From: Tubiluchus corallicola
Taxonomy: Eukaryota; Animalia; Priapulida
Assembly: GCA_030141605.1 (NCBI GenBank)
Contig: JAQGDQ010000157.1
Span: 127,537 to 191,536, forward strand
Direction of reading: 5' to 3'
Length of the DNA stretch: 64,000 nt
In this document: piece by piece, positions 13,914 through 26,830 of the stretch
Layout of the letters: each line of letters opens with the position of its first letter
Numbering within the stretch: the first letter of the stretch is position 1
Made by a program: the position numbers and the translations under genes
The notes under the pieces: generated by a model
What the model saw: the letters and a program-made list of their open reading frames with translations, nothing else
The model's database searches: none
Told to the model about the DNA's origin: nothing

Positions 13914-15289
13914 ATACAACAGACCACGTATCTAACGTATTAGACCTCTTACCACTTTAATGTAAGCAATCATAGGGCAGGAAAATGGGTCTTCGTGCGG
14001 ATTCTACCGTACGAACATCCATTTTTATAACTAGAAAACCTATACATTATAATTTTGTCATTTGACTTATGACATAATTTATAATTTGTTGTACTTTTAT
14101 GGTTTTGCAAAGTAAATAAATCACGTTTGTTTGCTGACGCTACAACAAGTGCGCTTTAATTTTATAATGGTGATTAAAGTATCTCTACTTAGTTCGGTAC
14201 AGTTAATAACTGCGAAATCAAGCTCAGTATCAAGTGATTCTAAGTTACTAGGCAGTTAATAAATAAGAAATCGAGCTCAGTATCACGAGATTCTTGCTTC
14301 CTTATCTGTGCAGCGTCGATCCTTCCTTTTTTGATACTTTCTTAATTAGCTCTCCTCTTATGTTTGGTCTCTGCAGGTTTGACCTTTTCATTCATCCAGT
14401 AATAAGTGTAGCAGCCATACAAGCCTCGGTCTCGTACTCGATTAGATTGTCTAATCCCCCTGATTACGATCGTATTAGTTCTATTACTCGAGTATTACTT
14501 TTACTTTTACCAGCAGCTGCCTTGTGATTACAAAACATCGAGCACTGCATCATCAATATGTATTAATAGTTTATAGTACAGCGCGTGTTGCGCATGCGTT
14601 AAGAGAATAAATAAAATAGGTAGAGGTAAATTTAGCAAAGTGACCCCCGTTGCATTTATTCATCCATGTAAAATTTAAAGTATCTTCTACAAATGTAAAT
14701 ACAGCACGGGGAGTTTTTGCTCTAAAGAATAAAGAGAATAAGAGAATCGCGGCCCAAATGAAGTTTCTTATAGAAGCAGCCATGTAAAAAATTTAAAGCA
14801 ACATGAAAAACAGTATGAAACAGGATACAATTCCATAATTGTTGCAAGTTTTTCAATGTTTTTGGACTCTGTAAACTAAAATTCATCACTCAAATGCAGA
14901 ACTTACTTAATGTATAATGATTGTGGTGGGATCGGAACATACTTCACTATTAATTTGTGAGATTAAATCTCGCTTGGTAAAGAGTGTAACAAGATAATTT
15001 TCTGAGATAATCCTTATCACTCCACCAGGAGAGACACCGTAGCCACGTTTGATGCTCGTACATGCTTCAATGATGAAATAGCTCTATATGAAAAATCTAA
15101 ACCTTCAAGAAGCAGTTTTTCTGGTAGTCACCTTTACATTTACTGACCAGACTCTGCATCTCTGTTTGTTTTTCACACACTGTGACTAATCAGCTTTTAC
15201 GCTTGCCAGTTGTACAGCCATATTAGTTGTAAGTGAATATAATGAAGATAATTTGAAACAGATGGACCGAGGGAGAAGGCAAGGCAAGG

Positions 15290-15462
15290 AGAAAGAGAGA
15301 GAGGGAGAAGGGGGTAGACGGAGAGACAAGAAAAAAAGAGAAAGGGAGAGAGAAGACAGTAAGAGAGAGAGGGAGTGTGTTTGTGTGCGTATGTGTGTGT
15401 GTGTGTGTGCGCGCGCGCGCGTGCGTGCGTGCGTGTGTGTGAGAGAGAGAGAGAGAAAGAGA
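15290..15462. repeat. Compound (GA)n/(GT)n/(GC)n microsatellite
   Basis: Directly visible. Confidence 0.9.
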
Positions 15463-15559
15463 GCAGACAGGAGTAAAGTTACAATCTTAATTCCCTAACG
15501 AAGTTTGCAGGTTGTGAAAGGGACAGTTCTAAGACAATTTATATGTGTCATATAAAGTG

Positions 15560-15975
15560 TGAAGTGGCACCTTTTTTTTAATTACTCGTGTAAGTACGAA
15601 AAAGTGAAACCAAAAAGGAAGCAGCATAAAGCGGCTTCACTGGAACAATAATTTAAAACAGCTTGTCTACCAGGACAGTAGGATTCACAGCCGTATGTAT
15701 AAAGTCATAACATTATTGTCTAGCCGTGCGTGTATTATTGCTGCTCGGTTTTATGACTTAATGACTGTGCAGTTCAAAATTGGCAGTTTAATGCACATAT
15801 TATGAGTAATGTTTGCTTTACCTGGTTACTCATGTGTGTGGAAACACATTGAACATTTCAACATAAATATTTAAACACAATAAAAGCAGTAAATGTCAAC
15901 CTTCTACACAATTCATGGAGAACAAAAAAAACAAAAAAAGAGAAAATAAAAATACCTGCTACGGCTGCTGGAAGC
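15560..15975 (+). mobile_element. Repeat family F, abutting MITE A
   Basis: Inverted copy at ~19263-19670 (ttttatgactt.atgactgtgcagttcaaaattggcagttt). Confidence 0.7.
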
Positions 15976-16280
15976 AATAAGCTTTTTCACAGTTTCGTTG
16001 TGCGCACGTGCAGTTGCTGCAGGTCAATGGTTATGTGTACCACAGCAACATGTCCTAACTACAACAGTCATGTGACATGTGGATAGCAAAGCAAAGCTCA
16101 TGTGTGACAAAGCAAAGCCACTTGCTGCATCAGTCCAGTAGTTTTGGGTGGACTTTACTTAATTATGCATTAGTCTGTGCGTAGAGTGATTTACTAGCAG
16201 GATCTTGCTTGGGAACAAGAAAAAATGAACTAGATAAGGTTCTAGCTAGCTGTTAAACTATTACCATTACAATAACTTGA
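15976..16280 (+). mobile_element. MITE family A copy, 3'-truncated
   Basis: Starts AATAAGCTTTTTCACAGTTTCGTTG. Confidence 0.85.
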
Positions 16281-16344
16281 ACGGTGACTATAGTTTATAG
16301 TTTATTGAACGACTTTAAATAAAGTACGCTCTACTCAACCCTAT

Positions 16345-16960
16345 TTTACTCTACTCTACTCTACTCTACTCTACTTTGCTCCGCTCCGCTCTGCTCTACT
16401 CTGCTCTGCTCTGCTCTGCTGTGCTCTGCTCTGCTCTGCTCTGCTCTGCTCTGCTCTGCTCTGCTCTGCTCTGCTCTGCTCTGCTCTGCTCTACTCTACT
16501 CTACTCTACTCTACTCTACTCTACTCTACTCTACTCTACTCTACTCTACTCTACTCTACTCTACTCTACTCTACTCTACTCTACTCTACTCTACTCTACT
16601 CTACTCTACTCTACTCTACTCTACTCTACTCTACTCTACTCTACTCTACTCTACTCTACTCTACTCTACTCTACTCTCTACTCTCTACTCTCTACTCTCT
16701 ACTCTACTCTACTCTACTCTACTCTACTCTACTCTACTCTACTCTACTCTACTCTACTCTACTCTACTCTACTCTACTCTACTCTACTCTACTCTACTCT
16801 ACTCTACTCTACTCTACTCTACTCTACTCTACTCTACTCTACTCTACTCTACTCTACTCTACTCTACTCTACTCTACTCTACTCTACTCTACTCTACTCT
16901 ACTCTACTCTACTCTACTCTACTCTGCTCCGTTGCGCTCCACTCCACTCCGCTCCACTCC
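16345..16960. repeat. (CTCTA)n/(CTCTG)n pentanucleotide satellite
   Basis: Directly visible; AATAAA just upstream at ~16318. Confidence 0.97.
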
Positions 16961-17140
16961 ATGGCCCCAGGGAAGGTTTTAGGCTTGTATGTTAATTTAG
17001 GTCACCTCTTAGCACGGTAGCCAAAAATAGCACTCTTTAGTCCAATATGTTTTATAAGCGGTTTTAGGTGTTCCCAAGTTCGGGTATCAATGTCCCCACT
17101 CTTTTCGAATACACCGCCCTTCCCAAAATGGCGTCTGAAA

Positions 17141-17580
17141 CAGATTAGATATGATTAGATTAGATTAGATTAGTTTATTCCAACGTAAAAACCATACAAA
17201 AAATAAAAGGTATTGCATCACATTAAAGTAAAATAATAAAATAAAAGATACACTAGAAATACTCGTTCAGTAAAATAAGCATTCACAGCTATCACGTTCG
17301 ACGATTGTTATTCACAAACAGTCTGTTATTCCACATCTTAAAATAATAAGATTGTATTATTCGTACAGAGTTGACAACAGGTAGATGCTTATAGTTCGAA
17401 GAAGTAGTCAAGTAGAACTGGACGAGTATGGTCTATTTATGATATGTTAAAAGTTTTTTTAATTAACTAGTAAAAGTAATTTTATCGTTATGCATCTATA
17501 TTTAGCTACAAATTCTTAGTAATTTTAGTGAAAATGTCTCGATTTAGTAATGTAGTTTTGTACACATTCAAGAATTTTAC
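17141..17580 (-). mobile_element. LINE 3' end fragment with (TCTAA)n tail
   Basis: Minus strand ..KILECVQNYITKSRHFH* resembles a non-LTR ORF2 C-terminus, followed by UTR, AATAAA and a pentamer tail. Confidence 0.5.
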
Positions 17581-17589
17581 AGCTTATAT

Positions 17590-17990
17590 TGTTCTAGGAG
17601 GTTTGTAACTCAAAAGCAGCATCAGCTAAGTTTACAATGTTCTAGGAGTAACTCAAAAGAAGCATCAGCTAAGTTTACATTGTTCTAAGAAATTAGTAAC
17701 TCAAAAGCTGCATCAGCTAAGTTTACAATGTTCTAGGAGTAACTCAAAAGCAGCAGCATCTAAGTTTACATTGTTCTAAGAGATTAGTAACTCAAAAGCA
17801 GCATCAGCTATGTTTACATTTTTCTAAGAAATTAGTAACTCAAAAGCAGCAGCATCTAAGTTTACATTTTTCTAAGAAATTAGTAACTCAAAAGCAGCAT
17901 CAGCTAAGTTTACATTGTTCTAAGAGATTAGTAACTCAAAAGCAGCATCAGCTAAGTTTACATTGTTCTAAGAGATTAGTGACTCTAAGA
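17590..17990. repeat. 43-48-bp minisatellite, ~8 copies
   Basis: Unit gtaactcaaaagcagcatcagctaagtttacattgttctaagagatta. Confidence 0.93.
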
Positions 17991-18254
17991 CGATCTGTAG
18001 GACGGCGAGTCTAATCCTCTGAACATCAAGATTAATGACACGATTCACGTTTATCGCTTCGCAAGATTTACCGAAACGAAGACAGCAGCGAGGCTTCCAT
18101 GGTTTTCATATTGACTGACATGGCTTCCCCGTGGGAGTTCAGTCCTTCACGCGTTTTGAAAATGCTTCGGCTCTCAGGAAAAGCGGCAGTAAGACCTTTG
18201 AAAAATTTACGACTGATTACAGTCTTTGCTTGCACCTCCGGTGATGTGAAAGCG

Positions 18255-18292
<38 letters not shown>

Positions 18293-18372
18293 CTCCCCCT
18301 CTCTCTCTTTCTTTTTTTCTCTCTCTCTTCCTCTCTTTCTCTCTCTCCCTCTCTTGTCTCTCTCTCTCTCAC
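18255..18372. repeat. (CT)n-rich tract
   Basis: Directly visible. Confidence 0.9.
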
Positions 18373-18907
18373 TCCTCAGAAAGGAAACCATAATCTTCCG
18401 AAGAACTATAATTTTAGGGCACTAACGCATTGTCATCGTATGTTATTTTTCAAGGTGGCGAGACTGGCGACTTCCTGCGTGCGATTTTGAGGGCTTGTGT
18501 TTAAAATCTATGCTATCATCTGCGACTATTACCCACTCCTGGCAGCAGAGCGCTGAATTTTTTGAAAAATACGTCCTCATATGCGCACTGCGAAGGAGGC
18601 TTCCCGAACAGATATCACGTATAATTGATAAGAAGTCTTACATAACGATTCTGCATCGGTTCCTAACTAGGATGCCCCGCGAGTGCTCATAAAGAATTGC
18701 TGAAATTTCTCTGGAATTGCTGAGTTAAGAAATGCGACGGGGACTTCGGAAAACTGCTTCTATTTCTGAATATCTGCGTCAATTTCTTGCTTGTCAACTT
18801 CTAACTCATCAAATCAAAATTCATGTTTTACAGCGTCTTAAAAATGTAGTTTCCGTGGTGCATGGAACAGAAGACCCAAACTACTCAACCCGGAATGTGT
18901 CAGTTTA

Positions 18908-19262
18908 AAAAGCCTTTTCACACTTCCAACGATTGATGATGATCATGAAAAGATCAAAGGTTAAGGGTACCAGACAACGGATTTGTGTACACTTGATAAC
19001 GCTTCGCTAGAACCTTACCTAGTTCATTTTTTCTTGTTCCCAAGCAAGATCCTGTTAGTAAATCACTCTACACACAGGCTAATGCATAATTAAGTAAAAT
19101 TCACGTAAAACAACTGAAATTACTGAACTGATACGGTAGAGACGACTTTGTTTACCCACATGTCACATGACGGTTGTAGTTAAAACGCGTTGCTGTGGTA
19201 CACTTAACCTTGGACCTACATCAACTGCGAATGCGTACAACAAAACTGTCAAAAGGCTTATT
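18908..19262 (-). mobile_element. MITE family A copy
   Basis: AGCCTTTTCACAC..CTGTCAAAAGGCTTATT. Confidence 0.88.
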
Positions 19263-19670
19263 GTTCTAGAAGTCACAGCATATATTTTTCATTTTTTCCG
19301 GTTTTGTCTTGTTCTTCATTACTTGTAGCAAAGCTGATTTTTGGTGTTTTTACATTAGCAAAAGCGCGTTAAATATTCATAGTGAAATGTTTTATGCGTT
19401 TCCACATATATCAGCAGTCACGTAAAGCAAGCGTTATTCACGATAAGTGCATCAAACTGCCAATTTTGAACTGCACAGTCATCAAGTCATAAAAGCAGAG
19501 CAATAATCCACCATTTGTCTAATGTCTATGGCTCTATTTGCACTTGTGAATCAAATTAATGTTCATTTTGCTCAGGCAGAAGCCTCTTCTGAATTATGCT
19601 TCCAGTGAATGCTGCCGTTTTTCTTCGGTATTTGCCTATACTTTCTCGTCCTCACATGAATATTACTGTA
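19263..19670 (-). mobile_element. Repeat family F, inverted copy
   Basis: Reverse complement of ~15560-15975. Confidence 0.7.
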
Positions 19671-19673
19671 ATG

Positions 19674-19901
19674 AACCTTTCACAGTTTCGTTGTGCGCAC
19701 GCGCAGTTGCTGTAGGTGAAAGGTTAAGTGTACCGCAGCAACGCATTTTAACTACAACCGTCATGTAACATGTGTGTAAAGCAAAGCCGTGTGCCGCATC
19801 AGTTCAGTATTTTCAGTTGTTTTATCGGACTTTGCTTAATTACTTAACTTTTGTCCTTTTCACGATCAGTATCAATAGCTAGAACTAAGAAAAGGCTTAT
19901 T
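19674..19901 (+). mobile_element. MITE family A, internally deleted copy
   Basis: Both termini recognisable; centre missing. Confidence 0.82.
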
Positions 19902-19994
19902 TAAAAAAAGACTCTAGTTCATATTGCAACACACATTTATCTTACACCCTACTGCATAACCCTACTTTGCTAAGGAACATAGTGTACACTATCC

Positions 19995-20485
<491 letters not shown>

Positions 20486-22152
20486 ATGTAGAACTGTGGT
20501 AAAACTAAATTCGATAAGATGTTTATAATGGCGATAATCATAAGTAAGGCTGTTGTTTTTCCTGAAAGCAAGAAAGGGTAGAATCAGGCGGTGAATAAAC
20601 AATCTGACAATGAAATTTCGTTTACCGCTCAGTTGGTGTTCGACGCCCGGACTTCTACTGTAAGCAGCTTCTTCCTATTTCCTTTTACTTGTCCACGATT
20701 AAGATGTTATCTTTTGCCCTGCCAGTGTGAGTGATTGTCACAAAATGCATTGACAGGACAGATTTTAAGCATTGTGCATTTGCCGAGTTCAGACTAACTG
20801 TCCAAAGTGAAATTGACTAATGACAGACCATTGAGTGAAACGTTTTCTGACTCTTGAGTGGTTTCAAATAAAATGTTTGAACAAGAAGTGCATGATGAAC
20901 GAGAAACAACATTAGCTTAATGACTCTCGACACGAACATCAAGCAGTAGAAGTAGTCAGGATGCATGTATTAATCACTCTTGGCTGGAACTTCAATGCAG
21001 AAGTAGTCAGGATGGCAAATCTCAGTTTTGCATAAATAGCATGGATGACACGCATCAATGACCATCAATCTGGAATGCAAGGCTGGAGAGGTGCTAGAGT
21101 TCAACTCAAATTTTAACGTCTACTCAGCTCAACTCAACTCAAACTTAACACTTCAAAGTGACCTTCAAGGCAAGAGATGTGCTAGAGTTAAACTCAAGTC
21201 AACTCAACTCAAGTACAAGGAGTAGGTATAGGTATGCATAACGATCCAAAACTTCATTTTCAAGCTATAGAAGTATTGTGGACAATCATCAATGAAAACT
21301 GACCTTTTTTGGCAGCGAATAGTAACAGTGCATGCTCAGCGACCTAAGTTATGCAATGCCATTGTCGGTCAATAAATGGAAGGTGGCTAGTTGGTTCGAT
21401 ACTCGTTTTAGGAGCTTTTTAACGCCATATTGTTAGGCCGTAGTTACGTCTATCTGTCTGTCCGTCTATCCAAGCAATGAAATAATTATAGGCTCCAAAC
21501 TTCGTGATTATATCCCATGTGGCAGCTGTCTTTGCTCCAGTACTGTCCCGTTGTTCCGCTTGGCAGTAATTGAACCCTCCGTAACGCATGCGCTTCTGAC
21601 ATACTTCTATAATTGTCACGCATCCTGATTTCTTTGTATTGCGTAATCTGATTAGAGGCGCAGAATTAGAGCAGGGGGACGATGAAGCCATGGTTATGCT
21701 CTAGGTTAACATGAAGCCAAACAGAAACCTCACAGAACAGGTCACGGCAGCGAGCTGCAGTGATTACTTAGATTCAGCTTACTGCACATCTCGTCATTCA
21801 ATCAGTAATCATTACTTATTCTACACTTCGTTCAGTCAAAATTTTGAAAAAATTGGGAGTTGGGTCCGGGAAAACACCCGTTAATGCAATCCAACCACTA
21901 CCAGCACCACCCCCAGCTCGTACCCGGTCTCTAGAAATAAGAGGTATAAGTTTTACAAAAAACGGGTAAAGAGGGGCGATTTTGGCGATTTTTCGCAATC
22001 CACTCCTCCCGGTGGCCACGATTTGAAAAACAAACCATCAATGAGACGACAATGGATCGAGACCTTTTGTTTGACATATAGATCGCCCCAATGTTGTTGG
22101 AGCTGTAACCTCGAATATTTCGTATATGTACAAAATTCGATATATATCGTAT

Positions 22153-22157
22153 ACACA

Positions 22158-22209
<52 letters not shown>

Positions 22210-22217
22210 CACACACA
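22153..22217. repeat. (CACG)n(CA)n microsatellite
   Basis: Directly visible. Confidence 0.93.
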
Positions 22218-23567
22218 TAAAGCCCATATCACCGAAATTAACATATAGAGATGCCTTATAATAGAGAATTGGTCTAGGCTATGTAGTTCAGGGCTATACA
22301 AGGAGTCGATATATGGCAAATTTTCTTTGAATAGAACACCTGTCTAAAATTAAGAGGTGACAAAAACAGCAACAGCAGAAGCGGACATGATGATGACGAC
22401 AATAATGACAACACTAAAAGTTATGGCGATGATGAATGTAGTCATGAAAACGATGACATTGGTGATGGTAGTCTTGCTCATGGCTATGATCAATTGACGA
22501 TGATGATGATGTCGATGTCGTATTACTGATGACAATAATGATGATACGTTCGTGATGATGGTTGTGTGATGTAACAGAAATGATTATGTCAGTCGTGAAC
22601 AGTGATGACGATTTTAAAAGCAAGAAAAACGATATTTAGCTGTAAAAACAGCCTCGTCACAAATCCAAATTCTAGCGCTCGAGTACAATAAAACGAACTG
22701 GGCAAGCAGATGTTCTTGACCAATGTTCCCCTCACCTGACTTTAGAATTCTGTTCAGTTGTCACATAAAAACAATTTATTCGCCATTTTTAAGGACCGCT
22801 GACGATTATGCTCAAAGTAGTTCATTTTTCCACCTGCTGCACTAGTAACAGCATCCACCAATATCAATAAGACACGATACTCCACATAGTATTTAAATTT
22901 GTCGAACTAGCAATGTTACTCTTAATTGGTTGCAACCATAAAAGCGAACTTCATTACAATTTGTTGAAAAATATGGAAGCTGTCGGTACGGACTAGGATG
23001 CTAAAGCGCATTATGGTCCCGATTTTTCAAAATATTTTACTTGTAATTCTCCTTCGAGCTGAGGGCGGCGCTAATACGAGGGGTTAAGAAACTACAGTTG
23101 TACAAATGTTGCTTTGTCAATTAACCTTGCTGGGTGCACGTAAGGTATTCATGCGAACTCGTTTCGTTTGATAATTTTTCTGCACGTCTGAAATCGAAAG
23201 ATTGTCACTGCACGAAACCTGGAACCTCTTTCGAGATCATCCTCCAATGCGCATAATGTTTCAATGTTGACACAATTCCTAATGTCCTGTCGTAATTGTT
23301 TGTCATGGACGTTTAGATTGTTATGTATGACACGGATAAATATAATGAGCTATTTCCGATCGTGTCCATATCTTCAGTGACAGTTAATGGCCGTGTACGC
23401 GAAACTACAAGCTGTTATGCAAATTTTACTGGGATCAACGAAGCTGGAAAAGACAAGGATAAAATTACGGAGTACAATGAGTTATTTTACCGGGCTTCCC
23501 GGCTTCTGCATCGTTTAATGTCGTTCTCACGTTTTATTTCGCCCTTGTGAATTCAATGTAAATGGCT

Positions 23568-24236
23568 TCCCAGGGTGCAGTATGAAATTCACAGTGGCAG
23601 GATGAAGTTCCCAGAGTGAAGTATGAAGTTCCCAGTAGCAGGATTAATTTCCCAGAGTGAAGTATGAAGTTCCCAGAGGCAGGGTGAAGTTCCCGGGGTA
23701 CAGTATGAGGTTCCCAGGGTGTGGTATGAAGTTCCCAGGGTGCAGTATGAAGTGTCCACGGGCCGCACAAAGTTCCCAGGGTGCAGTATGAAGTTCCCAG
23801 TGGCAGTATGAAGTTCCCAGGGTGCAGTATGAAGTTCCCAGGGTGCAGTATGAAATTCCCAGGGCGCAGTATGAAGTTCCCAGGATGCAGTATGAAGTTC
23901 CCAGGGTGCAGTATGAAGTGGCCAGGGGTCGTACGAAGTTCCCAGAGTACAGTATGAAGTTCCCAGTGGCAGTATGAAGTGCCCAGGATGCAGTATGAAG
24001 TTCCCAGGGTGCAGTATGAAGTGGCCACGGGCCGCACAAAGTTCCCAGGGTGCAGTATGAAGTTCCCAGTGGCAGTATGAAGTTCCCAGGGTGCAGTATG
24101 AAGTTCCCACTGTGCAGTATGAAATTCCCAGGGCGCAGTATGAAGTTCCCAGGATGCAGTATGAAGTTCCCAGGGTGCAGTATGAAGTGGCCAGGGGTCG
24201 TACGAAGTTCCCAGAGTACAGTATGAAGTTCCCAGG
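23568..24236. repeat. 20-21-bp minisatellite with 269-bp higher-order period
   Basis: Unit cccagggtgcagtatgaagtt. Variant units recur 269 bp apart (23763/24032; 23922/24191). Confidence 0.95.
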
Positions 24237-24554
24237 AGTAGGATGAATTTTGCGTTTCCAATAGTTCTTGAGAAAATTGTTACAGTGAGTTTTCAATTAG
24301 TTTATTAGTTTTCATTGCGCAGGCACAGGCGCATACGATAGATAGTGAGAAACAACATTTTCACAAGTTAGTTAAAACTCTCCAAGCTCACCTGCGACCA
24401 CTCAAGCACTCATCGTTTGCAGGAGTATGACGTCATGATTTATACAATAGTAATGATAGGCGCTAATTGTGCATAGATCATAGTTAGTAGATGCAGTCCT
24501 CGTTTCGCAGTTTTCTTTTCTATGGCTATGGTCAGTACGATGGTGTCTCTAGTG

Positions 24555-25042
24555 ATGTATAGTACAATACAGTACATTACAATACAATGCAATGCAATAC
24601 AATACAGTACAGTGCAGTGCAGTGCAGTGCAGTGCAGTGCAGTGCAGTGCAGTATAGTACAATACAATACAATACAATACAATACAATACAATACAATAC
24701 AATACAATACAATACAATGCAATACAATACAATACAGTACAGTACAGTACAGTACAGTACAGTACAGTACAGTACAGTACAGTACAGTACAGTACAGTAC
24801 AGTACAGTACAGTACAGTACAGTACAGTACAGTACAGTACAACAGTACAGTACAGTACAGTACAGTACAGTACAGTACAGTACAGTACAGTACAGTACAG
24901 TACAGTACAGTACAGTACAGTACAGTACAGTACAGTACAGTACAGTACAGTACAGTACAGTACAGTACAGTACAGTACAGTACAGTACAGTACAGTACAG
25001 TGCAGTGCAGTACAGTACAATACAATACAATACAATACAATA
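24555..25042. repeat. (CAGTA)n/(CAATA)n/(CAGTG)n pentanucleotide satellite
   Basis: Directly visible. Confidence 0.97.
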
Positions 25043-25364
25043 CCTTTATTTAATGTCCGTTTTCACAAAATAAAATATTAGCCTACAGGTTATTTTCACA
25101 GACACAATATTGAAAATAATAAAATCTATTTACAGGTAATATAACATAAAATACAGTTCACGCATCACCGCTTACACTCGCGGACTTGAGCAGACACTAC
25201 ATTTCTCATTCACCTGAACGCAACCCATTCACTCTATGTAAAATTTACACATATTACAATTACAAAGTGGTTTGCAGTTATCTAGATAAACTTGAAAGTT
25301 TTGTGCGCTAGGTGCTACATCTGTGACATGCAGTTTTCTTGTACATTTTGAGAATTTAGTATTA

Positions 25365-26090
25365 TTATTTATTTATTTGAATTTATTAACATTACAAGAT
25401 AAAATCAAATAAAAAACAAAACAAAAATGCGGATGACAATGTCTATACACTAATAATACGCAATAATTGCCCATGTCACGTACACTATACTATTCGTTAC
25501 CGTTTTCCTTTAATTACAGAAAAACAATCTTTAATGAACAGGCACAATGCATTAATGTCAGCTTCAAACAATTGCCTTGTAGATGAAGATATGATCAGTG
25601 CTATATTTCGTTCTAACACACGCTGTAAATGGGCAATGACAAAAACATGCTCTTTGCTTTGAACACTTACTTTATCACATGGACACATTTTCCTATTCCT
25701 AGGGATACGAGCCCAACCTGCCTTTTTCAACTGATAATTTTGCTTTAGTAACAAAACATATTCAGGAACATTGATGCTTCATGACTGCGCACAATACAAA
25801 GAGCTTTGAATTGAAATTTCGTTCATACTTGTTTGAACTGTATATGCAACAAATTTAGTATCACTAACGTTAATTATCAACTGACGCCTGTTATTGTTAT
25901 CATCTAAATAGAAATCGTTATTCAAATGAGCGAACACTTCATTATAAATGTAATGTATTAAAGTACTACCAGCAATTGTAGCTATGAACAATTGGCTATG
26001 ATTATCGAAATGGCATAATACTTCCGCCAGAAATTGACTTGACTGTGTAGAATGTAAGAACGAAAAGACTGTGACTGCAAGAAGTAGCTG
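25365..26090 (-). mobile_element. Degenerate CR1/L2-group LINE 3' end
   Basis: ..QLKKAGWARIPRNRKMCPCDKVSVQSKEHVF resembles the 'LxIETGRW.RIPR..R.C.C....V..EEH' ORF2 C-terminus. AATAAA-rich tail at ~25365-25387. Confidence 0.75.
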
Positions 26091-26360
26091 TGACTATTTG
26101 TGTTTAGAATGGACACGTTTCCCGCATTTGCGGCGCAATTTTACCGCGAATTTTTGCGCCTGTTGACCTCTATAATTGGCGTGCGGTCCTGAGTTTTCTA
26201 ACCTATTACCCAACAACATTATTGATTTTTGCTAGTTGCCATGTCACAAAACACGATCCAGGCAATAATGGGTTTCAAAAACACAATAATACAATTATTA
26301 TCCCGCACTGTTAGACAAAATGTTTCACGTGAAGCCATGTTTGACATCACGATTTTATGA

Positions 26361-26830
26361 TAGATATTATTCGCCCTATGTTCGCTGTTGAATGTTGTTC
26401 ATTCTTTATCCAGCAATAAGTTTTTTTTATAGTTTATATTCTATATTCGTTATTTAACGATGAATATCATTAACTTTACCTTTGGTTAGCGACGGTTCTT
26501 TACCTACAGGTTTACATGATTGATTCTGTATGATCGCTTATCCTGTATTCGCTATGCTGAGACATTGAATGATGAAAGTTCATTTTTAAATCTCGTTCGC
26601 CTTATACCTTCAATGGAGAATATAGGCCAACCCATGTGACGGACGAAGTAGCGAATATAGGATAAGCGACCGCACAAAATGAATCATGCAAACCTGCAGA
26701 TGAAAAACCATCGCTAATTAAAGGTAAAGTTAATGATATTTGTAAATAACGAATAAAGAATGGAAAAAAATTATTGCTGGATAGAAAATGAACAGCATAC
26801 AACAGTAAATATAAGGCGAATAATATTTAC
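26361..26830. mobile_element. Foldback/palindromic MITE
   Basis: Arms of ~170-190 bp are imperfect reverse complements (atattattcgcc..tatccagcaataa..ttaactttaccttt vs aaaggtaaagttaa..ttattgctggata..ggcgaataatat). Confidence 0.82.

Noticed and set aside
17590-17990. CRISPR-like 48-bp periodicity
   Set aside because: The whole unit is repeated; no spacers.
23568-24236. CRISPR-like array / repetitive 167-235-aa ORFs
   Set aside because: Units are head-to-tail with no unique spacers, there are no cas genes and the context is eukaryotic. The ORFs merely translate the minisatellite.
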